Positions 38,218 to 48,438 of a stretch of DNA of 64,000 bases are shown here, piece by piece. Under the pieces are notes generated by a model. It was not told where the DNA came from. It did no database searches and saw nothing but the letters and a program-made list of their open reading frames with translations. A program made the position numbers and the translations under genes. This stretch comes from Anaerolineae bacterium (GTDB lineage Bacteria > Chloroflexota > Anaerolineae > DRVO01). How positions within the stretch are numbered: position 1 is the first letter of the stretch; every line of letters begins with the position of its first letter. Where the stretch lies: positions 38,532 to 102,531 of the forward strand of contig JABLXR010000005.1 in NCBI GenBank assembly GCA_013178015.1. The letters are read 5' to 3'.

Positions 38218-39447
38218 ATGGCGGAACTGAGGGTCTGTCTCGCGACTGACTGCTATCAGCCCGGAATTGGAGGGATCGAGAACCACGTCCGCAGCCTGGC
38301 CCAGGGTCTGGCCGAAGCTGGGCACCAGGTGGACGTGGTCACTCACCGGGCGCCCTCGGTCGGACACACGGCCTGCGTCGCTCCAGCAGACGGTGGCGAT
38401 GGCTTCCGGGTTCTGCGCCTGGAAGGGGCAGTCGTGTCGTATGGGGGCGCCGACCCCATGGTGGACCCCCGGGTGTTCGGGCGCGTTTACCGCCTTCTGC
38501 AGGGCAGCGGTTACGACATTGTCCACGGCCACTCCTTCGAATCGCTACTGGTGCTGGGGGCCCTGCGGGCGGCCACCCGGCTGGGCATTCCCACGCTGCT
38601 CACTAAGCACTCTATGACCGCGCGGGCTAACCGCCCCGCCCTCTTCAACCGGCTGGCGGTAGCGGCCGAGAAACGGGTGGCGGCACGATGGACGCTGGGG
38701 CTCATCGTGCTCAGCGCTGCTGGTGTCAGAGAGATGGCCGGAGCGGGAGTCCCCATTCACCTGGTTCACGGAGGGGTGGACGCCCAGCGCTGGCGGCCCA
38801 ACCGCGAACTTCGGGTCCGGACCCGGGAGCGGCTGGGATACCGGCCGGAGGAACTGGTGATCGGCTACCTAGGTCGCCTGGTCTCTTCTAAAGGCGTGCT
38901 CAGCCTGATAGAGGCGGTCGCCCCGCTGATGCAGACGGCGAATCACCTGCGGCTTCTCTTGGCAGGAGACGGCCCCCTTCTTCCTGAGCTCAGGCGGCGG
39001 TTGCGCAGCCTGGGTCTGGAGGGGAGGACACTGATGATCGGCGCCGTGCCCTGGGCCGAGACGCCCGCCTACTTGAATGCCATGGACGTGTTTGCCTTCC
39101 CCAGCTACACTGAGGCGTTCGGACTGGCACTGCTCGAGGCTATGGCCTGCGGCCTCCCGACAGTGGCCCGAGAAAGCGCCGGCACCGAGGAGCTCGTGCA
39201 AGACGAGCGCACCGGATTCCTAGTGCGGACGGATCTGGAGCTACGCCAACGGCTAGAGAGACTGATCCAGGACGCAGAGCTGCGTCGCCGAATAGGGCGA
39301 GAGGGGCGTGCCCTGGCCGAGTCCCGGTTCAGCTGGGCGGGCATGGCCTCGACGACGGCCGCCATCTACCAGGAGACCATGCAGCAGGCTCTAGCCCGGC
39401 GGTCCCCTTCCGCTATGGGAAGCGAGCGGGTGAGCCTGCCCAAGTGA
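38218..39447 (+). CDS. Glycosyltransferase family 4 (PIG-A/MshA/BshA-like retaining GT-B)
   Basis: N-terminal GT4 motif (CLATDCYQPGIGGIENHV) and a C-terminal EAFGLALLEAMACGLP EX7E motif. Confidence 0.85.
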   Translation: MAELRVCLATDCYQPGIGGIENHVRSLAQGLAEAGHQVDVVTHRAPSVGHTACVAPADGGDGFRVLRLEGAVVSYGGADPMVDPRVFGRVYRLLQGSGYDIVHGHSFESLLVLGALRAATRLGIPTLLTKHSMTARANRPALFNRLAVAAEKRVAARWTLGLIVLSAAGVREMAGAGVPIHLVHGGVDAQRWRPNRELRVRTRERLGYRPEELVIGYLGRLVSSKGVLSLIEAVAPLMQTANHLRLLLAGDGPLLPELRRRLRSLGLEGRTLMIGAVPWAETPAYLNAMDVFAFPSYTEAFGLALLEAMACGLPTVARESAGTEELVQDERTGFLVRTDLELRQRLERLIQDAELRRRIGREGRALAESRFSWAGMASTTAAIYQETMQQALARRSPSAMGSERVSLPK

Positions 39448-39457
39448 AGGACCCCCT

Positions 39458-40987
39458 GTGTTCCGGCGACATTCAGGAGCAAGCCTATCGGTGAGCCTAC
39501 GGCGGCTGCGCGCCCTTGATTCGGGAGCCGGCAACTCCATCGGCAGCGAGAGGGAGAGCGGCCGGCGACGATGGGGGACCATTGGGCGCGTCCTGCTCCT
39601 TCTGGCCATCCTTTCAATCGTCCTGGTCAGCGCCAACCTGTACGTGGGACGCCTCGCGGCCCTGCCCGCTCCCTTCATTGACGACCTGGCGAACGCCGAG
39701 AACATCATGAGGTTGCTGGTGATCTCGCCTCACCCGGACGACGAGGTGATCGCGGCCGGCGGGCTGATGCAGCAGGTACTCCAGCGAGGGGGCGAGGTGC
39801 GCGTGGTCATCGTCACCAGCGGCGATGGCTCCCTGACCGGAACCATGGTCGAGTTCCGCCGCCCTCCCCGGTCAACCGACTACATTCAGTCCGGGCTCAA
39901 CCGGCAGCAGGAATCGCTCCGCGCCTTGGCTACCCTGGGTGTGGCGCCCGGTATGGTGGAGTTCCTCGGCTACCCGGACCGGGGCATTCAGGCTCTCTGG
40001 TGGAACTACTGGGAGGACACTGACCCTTACCGCTCGCCCTTCACCCGACTGGCTCACAGCCCCTATCCCCTCACCTACAATCCGTCCTCGGTCTACTCGG
40101 GGCAGTCTCTGCTGGCCGACCTGCGGACCATCCTGAGTCAGTTCCAACCGGACACGGTTGTAGCGCCCCATTTTGAGGATAGCCACCCGGACCATTGGGC
40201 TACGGGCGCGTTTGCCGCCCTCGCCCTGGCCATGGAGCGCCCGGATCCGATGCCCCGGCTGCTTCTGTACCTGGTTCATCGGGGAGACTTCCCCACGCCC
40301 AGGGGCTACCTCCCCTTCGCTCCGCTCTTGCCTCCCCTCAGGCTGGTTAACGACGGAGTCTACTGGCAGAAGCTGACCTTGACCGACGAGCTGGTCAGGG
40401 TCAAGGGCGAGGCCATGGAACAGCACCGCAGCCAGCTGCCCCTGCTGGGCGCGTTCCTTCGCTCCTTCGTGCGCCAGAACGAGCTATTCTGCGAACTGAA
40501 CTACGCCGGCGCTCTGATGCTGGTGGAAGACCAGCCGGTGACACCAGTGGTCACCGACTGGGTCTTGGCGGACGAGGCCGAACTGCGGCCGGTTCTGTGG
40601 GACTCGGTGGGGGACACTCTCACCCAGGAGTTAGGCCCGGGCACCGATTTCGTCGCCCTCTACGTGGCCACCACGGCCGAGGAGGTATGGATAGCAGCCG
40701 AGCTCAGAGGGGGCTCCAGCCCCCTGGTCGAGTACCGGGCTTTCGTGCGCGCTGCCGATGGCGAGAACGCGTCCCGCGCTCGCGTGCTCTACCCCGTCCG
40801 GCTCATGCCTCGGCCCCGAGATCAGGCCCGCGGTCGTTTCCTGCTGGCCCGGTTCCGGCTGGACGAGCTGAGTAACCCGCACACGGTAGTGGTCAGCTTC
40901 GAGGCTGCCTATCCGCGCGGGCGCGTCGTTGACCGCATCGGCTGGATAGCGGTGAGCCTGGAGGACCAGGCTGTCCCTGCCTTCTGA
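39458..40987 (+). CDS. PIG-L/LmbE-family N-acetylglucosaminyl deacetylase, membrane-anchored, with an extended C-terminal region
   Basis: N-terminal TM (VLLLLAILSIVLVSANL) and a PIG-L motif (LLVISPHPDDEVIAAGG). A second His motif (HFEDSHPDHWA). About 250 extra C-terminal residues of unknown function. Confidence 0.75.
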   Translation: MFRRHSGASLSVSLRRLRALDSGAGNSIGSERESGRRRWGTIGRVLLLLAILSIVLVSANLYVGRLAALPAPFIDDLANAENIMRLLVISPHPDDEVIAAGGLMQQVLQRGGEVRVVIVTSGDGSLTGTMVEFRRPPRSTDYIQSGLNRQQESLRALATLGVAPGMVEFLGYPDRGIQALWWNYWEDTDPYRSPFTRLAHSPYPLTYNPSSVYSGQSLLADLRTILSQFQPDTVVAPHFEDSHPDHWATGAFAALALAMERPDPMPRLLLYLVHRGDFPTPRGYLPFAPLLPPLRLVNDGVYWQKLTLTDELVRVKGEAMEQHRSQLPLLGAFLRSFVRQNELFCELNYAGALMLVEDQPVTPVVTDWVLADEAELRPVLWDSVGDTLTQELGPGTDFVALYVATTAEEVWIAAELRGGSSPLVEYRAFVRAADGENASRARVLYPVRLMPRPRDQARGRFLLARFRLDELSNPHTVVVSFEAAYPRGRVVDRIGWIAVSLEDQAVPAF

Positions 40988-41018
40988 TCCGGCTCGGAGA
41001 CGGGCCGCCGTCGTCCGC

Positions 41019-41804
41019 GTGCGTCCCTATCGCCCCAGCGACCGGGAGGCTGTGCGCTGCCTTTACGCCGACACCGCTTTCTTCGGGGAACCGGTAGAGG
41101 CTTACTTCGACGACCGCAAGCTCTTCGCCGACCTGGGTGTGAGCCTCTACCTGGATCACTACCCCGACTACGCCTTCGTGGCCAGGCAGGTTACAGGGGA
41201 TAGGTTACAGGTGACAGGGGACAGGTTACAGGGAGTGGCCCACGGGACCGAGAGAGGCCCGTCCTCACCCTGTCCCCTATCCCCTGTCCCCTGTAACCTA
41301 TCCCCTGTCACCTGTAACCTATCCGGGTACATTGTGGGGAGCCCGCACGGGGATGCCGACGTGCATCGGCACCTGATGGCGCACCTTCCTGCTATCGTGG
41401 GAAGGCTGGTGCGGGGACGCTACCGCCTGGGCCGCAAGACCATGCTCTACTACCTGGACAACGCCCTGGCCTGGCTGCGAGGGCAGCTGCTGGAGATCCG
41501 CGACCCCGCCTATCCCGCCAACCTGCACATCAACGTCGCCTCGTCTCACCGAGGGCAGGGCCTGGGATGGGAACTGTTGTCCGCTTACCTGGAGCACCTG
41601 CAACGCTGCGGGGTGCCGGGGGTGCACGCGGTCACCACGGATCACAGTCGAGGTGCCGTCAGGCTCTTCCAGAAGGCTGGCTTTCGGCTCTTGGAAGAGA
41701 AGAGCACCTCGGTGTGGCGCCGGCACCTGGGCCGGCAGGTGAGGCTGCTTGGGTTCGGCCTGCGGCTGGATCAGGACGGGCCACCGCCGAGGCGGCCATC
41801 CTAG
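41019..41804 (+). CDS. GNAT-family N-acetyltransferase carrying an in-frame 45-codon repeat insertion
   Basis: GNAT motifs (HINVASSHRGQGLGWELL; FQKAGF). The insertion QVTGDRLQVTGDRLQ...PVTCNLSG sits between beta strands. Confidence 0.7.
   Translation: MRPYRPSDREAVRCLYADTAFFGEPVEAYFDDRKLFADLGVSLYLDHYPDYAFVARQVTGDRLQVTGDRLQGVAHGTERGPSSPCPLSPVPCNLSPVTCNLSGYIVGSPHGDADVHRHLMAHLPAIVGRLVRGRYRLGRKTMLYYLDNALAWLRGQLLEIRDPAYPANLHINVASSHRGQGLGWELLSAYLEHLQRCGVPGVHAVTTDHSRGAVRLFQKAGFRLLEEKSTSVWRRHLGRQVRLLGFGLRLDQDGPPPRRPS
41189..41325. repeat. Intragenic imperfect palindromic element of GTTACAGG/GACAGGG-word type
   Basis: Left arm GGTTACAGGGGATAGGTTACAGGTGACAGGGGACAGGTTACAGGGAG. Right arm CCCTGTCCCCTATCCCCTGTCCCCTGTAACCTATCCCCTGTCACCTGTAACC. 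The GNAT reading frame is preserved through it. Confidence 0.6.
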
Positions 41805-42044
41805 GGTTCGACGGCCACCGATGACAGTTGCCGTCTGCGTCAGGGCCACCGTCAGCTCCAGACCCGAGCTCTGATCGGCACCCTCACTGGGCATCGAGTT
41901 TACGTAATCTTTACGAGAGATTTACGGTAGAGGGACTACCCATCTCCCCCACGGTTGCTCCACACTTATGTCGAGGCGCCCCAGGGTCCGGTCAGCCCAC
42001 CAACTTCAGTGACCGGATCCGACCCCAGGGGCGCGGGGGGAACA

Positions 42045-44417
42045 GTGTTCGCCAACCGAAGACCGTGCCGGGGTATTGTCCCGACGGCATTGGCTGTCGT
42101 TCTGCTGCTAAGCCTGGTGCTGCAGAGCATGGCATCGGCCCAGTCTCCGTCCGGGCCCATGGCCTTTGGGTCTCGTCTCGACGCCGACGTCGTCGCCATG
42201 TTGCCTTACCAGATCGAGGGCGACATGTGGGGGGTCATGTACCACGGGGACCTAAGTAAGGTGGAGAGGCCACTCTCGATCGTGCCCGCCTACACTCGCA
42301 TGTTCATGACTCCCACCCTGGATGGGGTAGAGGAGGCCCTGTCCCGGCTCAGCATCGAGGTGGCCTACCTGGGGTACGACCTGGAGCGCTGGGATCAGAC
42401 TCCCATCTGGGAGCAGGAGAACCCGGTGGAAGCGGTGAGGCGTATGCGGGACATCGCTCGCGCTCACGGGCTGCAGTTCGTGCTGGGGCCGTCGCGCTAC
42501 TTCAACGTGAACTTCGCCGCGGAAATGGCGCCCTACGTGGACATCTACATCCCCCAGGCCAAGGCCTACCAGGCCAACCTGAGCCTGGACGAGTATCGCG
42601 ACACCCTACGCAGCCTATTCACCACCATCAAGCAGGCCAATCCCAACGTGAGCATCTGGCTGGACGTGGCCCCCAACCCCAAGGGCGTGCCCAAGACGGC
42701 GCAGGAGATGATGGACTGCGTCAATGCCGTGCGCGACCTCATTGATGGCGTCTGGGTCACCCCCACGCAGGACGATGGTACCGTCATGCGGGAGTTTCTG
42801 AGGCTGCTGGGGCGCACCGATGCCCCAGAGTCCACGCCTACGAACACGCCCACGCGTCAGCTCACGGCGACCTCGACTCCGACGCACCAACCAACAGCTA
42901 CTCCCACCAGTACTCCTACGCGTCAGCCCACGGCCACTCCCACCGCCACCACGCGGCCCGCCTACACTCCTACCGCCACCTATGCGCCCACATCCATGCC
43001 CACTGCGACGCCGTACGTCCCCCCGACCAGCGCGGTGACTCCTATCCCGACGTCCACGCCCACCGCCTCCGCGACGCCGGCCACTCCTGAACCCACCTCC
43101 ACGGCTACTGCCACCCCGCTGCCCCCGCCGGCCTCGGCGCCGGAGGTCCTGCCCGACCTCAGAGGGGGGAGAGTTAGGGTCAAGCCCCTATCGCTGGAGC
43201 CGGAGGGCTGGAACTGCGACGTGAGCGTATCCATCAGGAACCAGATCCCGGCCGCGGCTCAGGACTTCGTGGCCGCCGCGAGCATAGCGGCCGAGGACCG
43301 GCCGGACACCGTCCTGTTCCAAGCCCTCTGGAGCGTGGACTACCTCGGGTCTCGAGAGACGATCGTCCTCTCCCAGTCGGTGGTGATCCCGGCGGGCCAG
43401 TACGTCATCTGGCTGGACCCCAACATCGGCGGCCCCAACGGTGAACCCATCGCCGAGGCCGACACGAGCAACAACCGGAGCGGCCCCTACTCTTTCACTC
43501 TGACAGGGACCTATCGCGGCAATGGGAACGGTTCCTCGGCTCAGCAGAAGGCCGAGTCCGGCGCTACCGAACCCGCTGGCCCGCCACCGCTCAGCCCCAG
43601 TCCGGCGCCGTCCACACCTCTTCCCGCGGCCGGGACAGAGGCGGCGCCTTCTGCTCCATCGTCGGAGGCGGGAGCGGCACCTGACGCCACCCCGACCACG
43701 CCACCGGCTACCGTGGCGCCCGAGGTGCCGGTGGAGGCCACGGCCACCGCGCCGACGCCGCCCCCAGCAGTGCCGACCCCAACCCTGGAGGCTACCAAGC
43801 CGGTGGCTCCCCCTGCCGAGCCGACGAGACCCCCGGCCACGAAGGAAAGACCCACCGCTCCGGCCACGGTCGCGCCCATTGTGGCCCCCACGGCCACACC
43901 CGTCCCCACTGCTACCGCGGTGCCCCTGCCCGAGCCGACTGACACACCCATACCTGAGCCCACCGCCGAGCCGACGGCCACGCCGGTGCCGGAGGCCACC
44001 ACAGCCTCATACTACGTGGACGCCAGAAGCGGGAACGACGGGAATTCGGGCGCCAGCCCCGACCAGCCGTGGCGTAGTTTGGCCCGGTTGGCAGCTGTCC
44101 AGTTGCAGCCGGGCGACGTGGTCCACTTCGCTCGCGGCTCGCGCTGGGACGAGGGGCTGGTGATAGACGAGGCTGGCTCGCCCGAGCGGCCCATCGTCTT
44201 CAGGGCCTACGGCGAGGGCAGGCCACCGGTGTTCCGCAGCCCGGGCCCACCCTCGTTCGCCCCCTCTATCGAGGTCCGTGCTCCCTGGGTTACTTTAGAG
44301 GGCCTCCTGGCCCGGGAAGGTCCCCACAACGCGGGCATCAGCATCGCCAGTGGGTTGGAGGGCGTCTCGCTGGTGGACTGCCAGGTGGTAGGAGGGCCAG
44401 AGGACGGAGCCGACTGA
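42045..44417 (+). CDS. Large secreted protein with Pro/Thr-rich linkers, a CARDB-like domain and a C-terminal right-handed beta-helix-like domain
   Basis: GTG start and signal peptide ([30 protein letters not shown]). Two long PT/PTAT linker tracts. C-terminal [16 protein letters not shown]...GISIAS. Confidence 0.65.
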   Translation: MFANRRPCRGIVPTALAVVLLLSLVLQSMASAQSPSGPMAFGSRLDADVVAMLPYQIEGDMWGVMYHGDLSKVERPLSIVPAYTRMFMTPTLDGVEEALSRLSIEVAYLGYDLERWDQTPIWEQENPVEAVRRMRDIARAHGLQFVLGPSRYFNVNFAAEMAPYVDIYIPQAKAYQANLSLDEYRDTLRSLFTTIKQANPNVSIWLDVAPNPKGVPKTAQEMMDCVNAVRDLIDGVWVTPTQDDGTVMREFLRLLGRTDAPESTPTNTPTRQLTATSTPTHQPTATPTSTPTRQPTATPTATTRPAYTPTATYAPTSMPTATPYVPPTSAVTPIPTSTPTASATPATPEPTSTATATPLPPPASAPEVLPDLRGGRVRVKPLSLEPEGWNCDVSVSIRNQIPAAAQDFVAAASIAAEDRPDTVLFQALWSVDYLGSRETIVLSQSVVIPAGQYVIWLDPNIGGPNGEPIAEADTSNNRSGPYSFTLTGTYRGNGNGSSAQQKAESGATEPAGPPPLSPSPAPSTPLPAAGTEAAPSAPSSEAGAAPDATPTTPPATVAPEVPVEATATAPTPPPAVPTPTLEATKPVAPPAEPTRPPATKERPTAPATVAPIVAPTATPVPTATAVPLPEPTDTPIPEPTAEPTATPVPEATTASYYVDARSGNDGNSGASPDQPWRSLARLAAVQLQPGDVVHFARGSRWDEGLVIDEAGSPERPIVFRAYGEGRPPVFRSPGPPSFAPSIEVRAPWVTLEGLLAREGPHNAGISIASGLEGVSLVDCQVVGGPEDGAD

Positions 44418-44486
44418 CACCCGCCAGGCACAACTCGGGGGGCACGCCAACGCGTGCCCCCGCCGTCTGCAGTGGGTGCTCCGGCC

Positions 44487-45920
44487 CTATCTGCTACCAG
44501 CCTCGGTCAGCATCTGCTGTAGAGCCGTCCGGAAGTCATCGAGGGGCAGGGATCCGCGTAGGATCCGTCCCTGCCCGCCGTAGAGGACGATGAAAGCGGG
44601 AGTGCTGCTCACCACGCCCTGGCCGTCCTGCATGTCGCTGAGGACGGGCTCGAGAGATCCGCGGCTGTCCAGACACTCGCGGAATTGGTCCTGGCTCAGG
44701 CCTAACTCTTGGGCCAGGGCCACCAGTGTCGCGTCGGGGCTTTGCTGTGTCCAGCGGTCTACGGTGCGGAAGAGGAGTTCGTACATCTCCCAGAACCGTC
44801 CCTGAGCGGCGGCGCACTCGGCAGCGGCGGCCGCCACCGGAGCCTGGGGATTCGTCTGCGCCGGCATGTGCTTGAACACCCACATCACTCGACCTGTGTC
44901 CACGAACTCCTCATCCAGGGCCGGCTGTACCTCCAGGGAGTGTTGGCGGCAGGGCAGGCACTGGAAGTCGGTGAACTCCACCACCACCAAGGCCGCCTCA
45001 GGGTCACCCTTGTACTGGTCTCCTGCCAGGGTATAGCCGGGGCGCTCCGGGTCAGGAGCCAGGCCTTCGCTGCTGGCCCAGTAGGGCAACTGGGGCGCCT
45101 CTGCCTCCTCCGCCTCTGGCTGAGGTGGGGCCTCTCCCGCCAACAGGGCCTCTATCCAGGCAGTGAAGGTATCCAGGGACTCGGCGCCCACCAGGATGTA
45201 GTCCTCGCCGGTCTCGTTCTGGACGAACTGGAAGCTGGGCGTGCTCCCGATCCCCAGGGCCTGACCGGCGGCCAGGCTGGCCTGGATGGAGGCATTGCTG
45301 CGGCCCGAGGTTATGCATCGGGTGTAGACCTCGCCGTCGGCGCCTACCTCCGTGGCTAGGTCCGCGAAGTAGCCGGTGGGGTCGGGCAGGGAAGCCCACT
45401 GGTTCTGGCGGAGGAAGAGCTCCTCGTGCATCTGCCAGAACAAGGCCGGGCCCTGCTCCGCCACGCAGAGGGCCGCCGAGGAGGCGTTGGTGGCGTTCGG
45501 GTGCAGGGAGGGCAGGGGGAAGTCGCGGAAGATGAAGTTCACCTGCCCGCCGGGGCCGTACGTCTCCACCAGGGCGGGGAAGGTCTGGACGGAGTGGCGG
45601 GCGCAGAAGGGGCACTGATAGTCGCTGAACTCGATCAGGGTGACGGGTGCGTCGGGGTCCCCCAGGAGGGGGAAGCCTTCCTGGGTGAGGCTAGTCTCGA
45701 CTCCGTGGAACAGGCCCGACTGGGCCGAGATGGGCGAAGCCTGGGTGGAAGTCGAAAGAGCGGTCGGGCTCGCCAGGGCGGCGGTGGGGCTGGCGGCTGG
45801 CTCCTGGGTGGGCGGGGTTGCTTCCTCACCGGAGCAGCCCGACGCCAGGACGGCGATGGTCAGCAACACCGCGACGGCAATCCGGCTCCCGATTGAGACA
45901 CGCAATGACTGCACGGACAT
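44487..45920 (-). CDS. Lipoprotein with two DsbA/thioredoxin-like domains
   Basis: Lipobox LASGC and two CxxC motifs (CPFC, CLPC), each in a DsbA-like context. Confidence 0.75.
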   Translation of the reverse strand: MSVQSLRVSIGSRIAVAVLLTIAVLASGCSGEEATPPTQEPAASPTAALASPTALSTSTQASPISAQSGLFHGVETSLTQEGFPLLGDPDAPVTLIEFSDYQCPFCARHSVQTFPALVETYGPGGQVNFIFRDFPLPSLHPNATNASSAALCVAEQGPALFWQMHEELFLRQNQWASLPDPTGYFADLATEVGADGEVYTRCITSGRSNASIQASLAAGQALGIGSTPSFQFVQNETGEDYILVGAESLDTFTAWIEALLAGEAPPQPEAEEAEAPQLPYWASSEGLAPDPERPGYTLAGDQYKGDPEAALVVVEFTDFQCLPCRQHSLEVQPALDEEFVDTGRVMWVFKHMPAQTNPQAPVAAAAAECAAAQGRFWEMYELLFRTVDRWTQQSPDATLVALAQELGLSQDQFRECLDSRGSLEPVLSDMQDGQGVVSSTPAFIVLYGGQGRILRGSLPLDDFRTALQQMLTEAGSR

Positions 45921-46038
45921 TCTCCTTACAACTCACTCTCAGTTGACTGCACGGTCGGCGCACAGGCCCAGGGACTGGGAGTCCCGCGTGCGCCGAGGCG
46001 AACGCGGCTGGCCTGAAGGCGGCATCTCGCTCTGGCAC

Positions 46039-47163
46039 CTAGTCCCTACCCACGGTGGCGTACACGTGGTAAGCGCGGCTGTAGCTCACGATGGCGTCCA
46101 GGCAGGAGGCGGCCGTGATGAAGGCCGCTGCCACCTGGGCCATGTAGCCGATGATCTTGGCGAAGTCCCCCGGGGTCATGCCCAGGCGCTGCCGCATGGC
46201 CAGGGCCAGGAACACCACCAGGAACTGGCTGCCCACCAGGATCGCCTCGCGAGCGTACAGATAGAACTGGCTCTTGGTGATTAGGCTGACGTAGATGCCC
46301 CGGCGGGTGCTCATGGCCTCCTGGAACTTGTCCCGAGCGGTGAGGTTGTCCTTGTCGCTGATGGTCTTGATGCCCGCGCCCGAGACTCGGCTGATGACGG
46401 AGTATTGCGAATCCAGGAGCACCCGCAGTCTGCGGTTGAAGAGCACCGTCATGACCGTAGGGATGGTCAAGCTGATCATGTAGACCAGCCCCAACAGCCG
46501 ATTGTACGCTAGCAAGCTGCCAGAGACGATCACGATCTTTATGATAACCGGTGTGAAGCTCCCCAGCACGTGGTAGGTGGCGTTGGTGATGCCGCTGACG
46601 GCGTTGGCCGCCCGGGTGTAGGCCGCCGCGGCCGACTCGGTGTCCCCGTATTCGCCCCGGTCTGACACTTTGAGCACCAGCTCGACCATCTTGCGGAAAT
46701 CGGTCTCGTAGAACAGCTTGTGCCGCAGCACCACGTTGGCCCGCGCCAGGGCGGGGTAGAAGAGGCTGGAGCCCAGCAGCAGCCAGATGACGTCTCCCGG
46801 GTCGCCCTCGGTGAGTCGGTCAATGAACTGGCCCAGCAAGCTGACGGGCCACAGGGCGGCGAACTCCTGGAACACCGTCACTACGAGGATGGCGAGGCTG
46901 AAGTAGCGGTACTCCCAGATCAGGCGGGCCACGTCGGCGACGAACTGCCAGCCGGGGTTGACGGCCAGTTCGTCCTCCAGGAGCCGTCTGAGCCGAGCCG
47001 GCTGCAGGTTCAGGCGGGCATAGCCTCGGGCCAAAGCGCCTCCCCCACCGCCAGGAGATAGGGCCGCGTCGCCGGGCCCGGCGACGGCAGGGCGTGCCAG
47101 GATGCTAGCTTGCGGCGCCGGCGTGTCAAGTCTCTCGCCGGCCCTGTCTGGGTCGCCTGGCAA
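46039..47163 (-). CDS. ABC exporter-type transmembrane domain protein with no ATPase domain (stand-alone or truncated)
   Basis: Six TM helices with an ABC_membrane-like pattern. The ORF ends after TM6, and no NBD follows on either strand. Confidence 0.55.
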   Translation of the reverse strand: MPGDPDRAGERLDTPAPQASILARPAVAGPGDAALSPGGGGGALARGYARLNLQPARLRRLLEDELAVNPGWQFVADVARLIWEYRYFSLAILVVTVFQEFAALWPVSLLGQFIDRLTEGDPGDVIWLLLGSSLFYPALARANVVLRHKLFYETDFRKMVELVLKVSDRGEYGDTESAAAAYTRAANAVSGITNATYHVLGSFTPVIIKIVIVSGSLLAYNRLLGLVYMISLTIPTVMTVLFNRRLRVLLDSQYSVISRVSGAGIKTISDKDNLTARDKFQEAMSTRRGIYVSLITKSQFYLYAREAILVGSQFLVVFLALAMRQRLGMTPGDFAKIIGYMAQVAAAFITAASCLDAIVSYSRAYHVYATVGRD

Positions 47164-47430
47164 GGGCTATACTATCCTAGTAGGCATAGGCGTCCGCGGG
47201 GAGCTGGAGTGGGCCGGGAGCGGAGCCGGACGCGGGGAGAGGGATAGCGATCGGGCGGCACATACGCCGTCTGCTCACCGATGGGCTGGTGGCGCCCGCA
47301 GGCCAGATGGTGGCCGAGTTGTGGCCCGAGGGCGGGGACACCGGCTGCCTTACCATCTCCCCCCTGGGATAAGGGGGAGCTCTGGCGGCGGTGCTGCACC
47401 TGGCGTTCGAGATACGAGCGTAACCGCAGC

Positions 47431-47635
47431 GGGGATTCACCGCCGAGATCGCCGAGACCGCAGAGAGAAGCGGAGGAAATGAGATCCGATGTCGTCGCCG
47501 CGGTCGCAATGAGCTACGGGGAAGAGGTGGGTCGGACGGCTGCTCCCGGCCCTGACGCGCCTCAGCAGTGCTTCAGTCGCCTGCCATGTCGTTCTTAGCT
47601 CTCTGACTTCTCGACGACCTCTGCGGTCAACCCCC
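47431..47635. repeat. MITE-like element with terminal inverted repeats GGGGATTCACCGCCGAGA...CCTCTGCGGTCAACCCC
   Basis: The left end GGGATTCACYGC-GAGA-CGC-GAGACCGCAGAGAGAAG is shared with 48439-48629 and 60082-60244. Purine-rich left half, pyrimidine-rich right half. Confidence 0.65.
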
Positions 47636-47662
47636 TCTTCTCGCGTCTATACGGAGGCAGCT

Positions 47663-48433
47663 ATGACTCAGTTTGGCTTTCGCACTGCCGGTTTCCGCCG
47701 GCCTACCCTGGAGGAGGCGCTGGACGCCATCGCCGGCGCCGGCTACGACGCCGTGGAGCTCTGCCTGGAGTACCACGGGCTGGTGGAGCTGGCCCCTGGG
47801 GAGTTGCGGGGCGTTCTGGACGACGTGGCGGGGCGCGGACTGGCGCTCTCTTCGCTCAGCTATCATGGGGACGGCGAGCCGCCGAACGAGCGCTGGGCTA
47901 ACATGGCACACAGCCTGGAATTGGCGGCCGCGTGCGAGGTGCCCATACTGGTGATCAACGGCGACCGCCCCGGTGACGAGGCCACCGCGAACCGGAGTGA
48001 GGACTTCATCCGGCGGGCAGGCCCTCTCGCGTCTCGGGCGCAGGAAGCGGGTGTCCTGCTGGCTGTGGAGCCTGAGCCGCTCCTGTCGGTGGCCAACACG
48101 GTAGACATGGAACTGGTGCTGTCCGAGTTGCCGTCGCCGCCCATGGCGGTCAACCTTGACGTGGGCCACGCCTTCCTCACCGACGATCTGACGGACACCT
48201 TCGAACGGCTCGGCCCGCACATTGCTCACCTGCACGTGGAGGACATGCGCGCCGGCGTCCACCGTCACCTGCTGCCGGGGGACGGCGACATAGACTTCGG
48301 GCTGGTGCGGTCGCTCGTGGAGAGAGTGGGATTCGCCGGTCCTTGGGTGGTGGACTTGTTCAGCTCCGACGCCGACCCCATCCACTACTGCCGCGAAGCC
48401 CTGCGGCGAGTGCGGCAGGTAGTAGGAGACTAG
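47663..48433 (+). CDS. Sugar phosphate isomerase/epimerase (xylose-isomerase-like TIM barrel)
   Basis: AP_endonuc_2-like pattern (GYDAVEL...HLHVEDMRAGVHRHLLPGDGDIDF). Confidence 0.8.
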   Translation: MTQFGFRTAGFRRPTLEEALDAIAGAGYDAVELCLEYHGLVELAPGELRGVLDDVAGRGLALSSLSYHGDGEPPNERWANMAHSLELAAACEVPILVINGDRPGDEATANRSEDFIRRAGPLASRAQEAGVLLAVEPEPLLSVANTVDMELVLSELPSPPMAVNLDVGHAFLTDDLTDTFERLGPHIAHLHVEDMRAGVHRHLLPGDGDIDFGLVRSLVERVGFAGPWVVDLFSSDADPIHYCREALRRVRQVVGD

Positions 48434-48438
48434 TGGCA

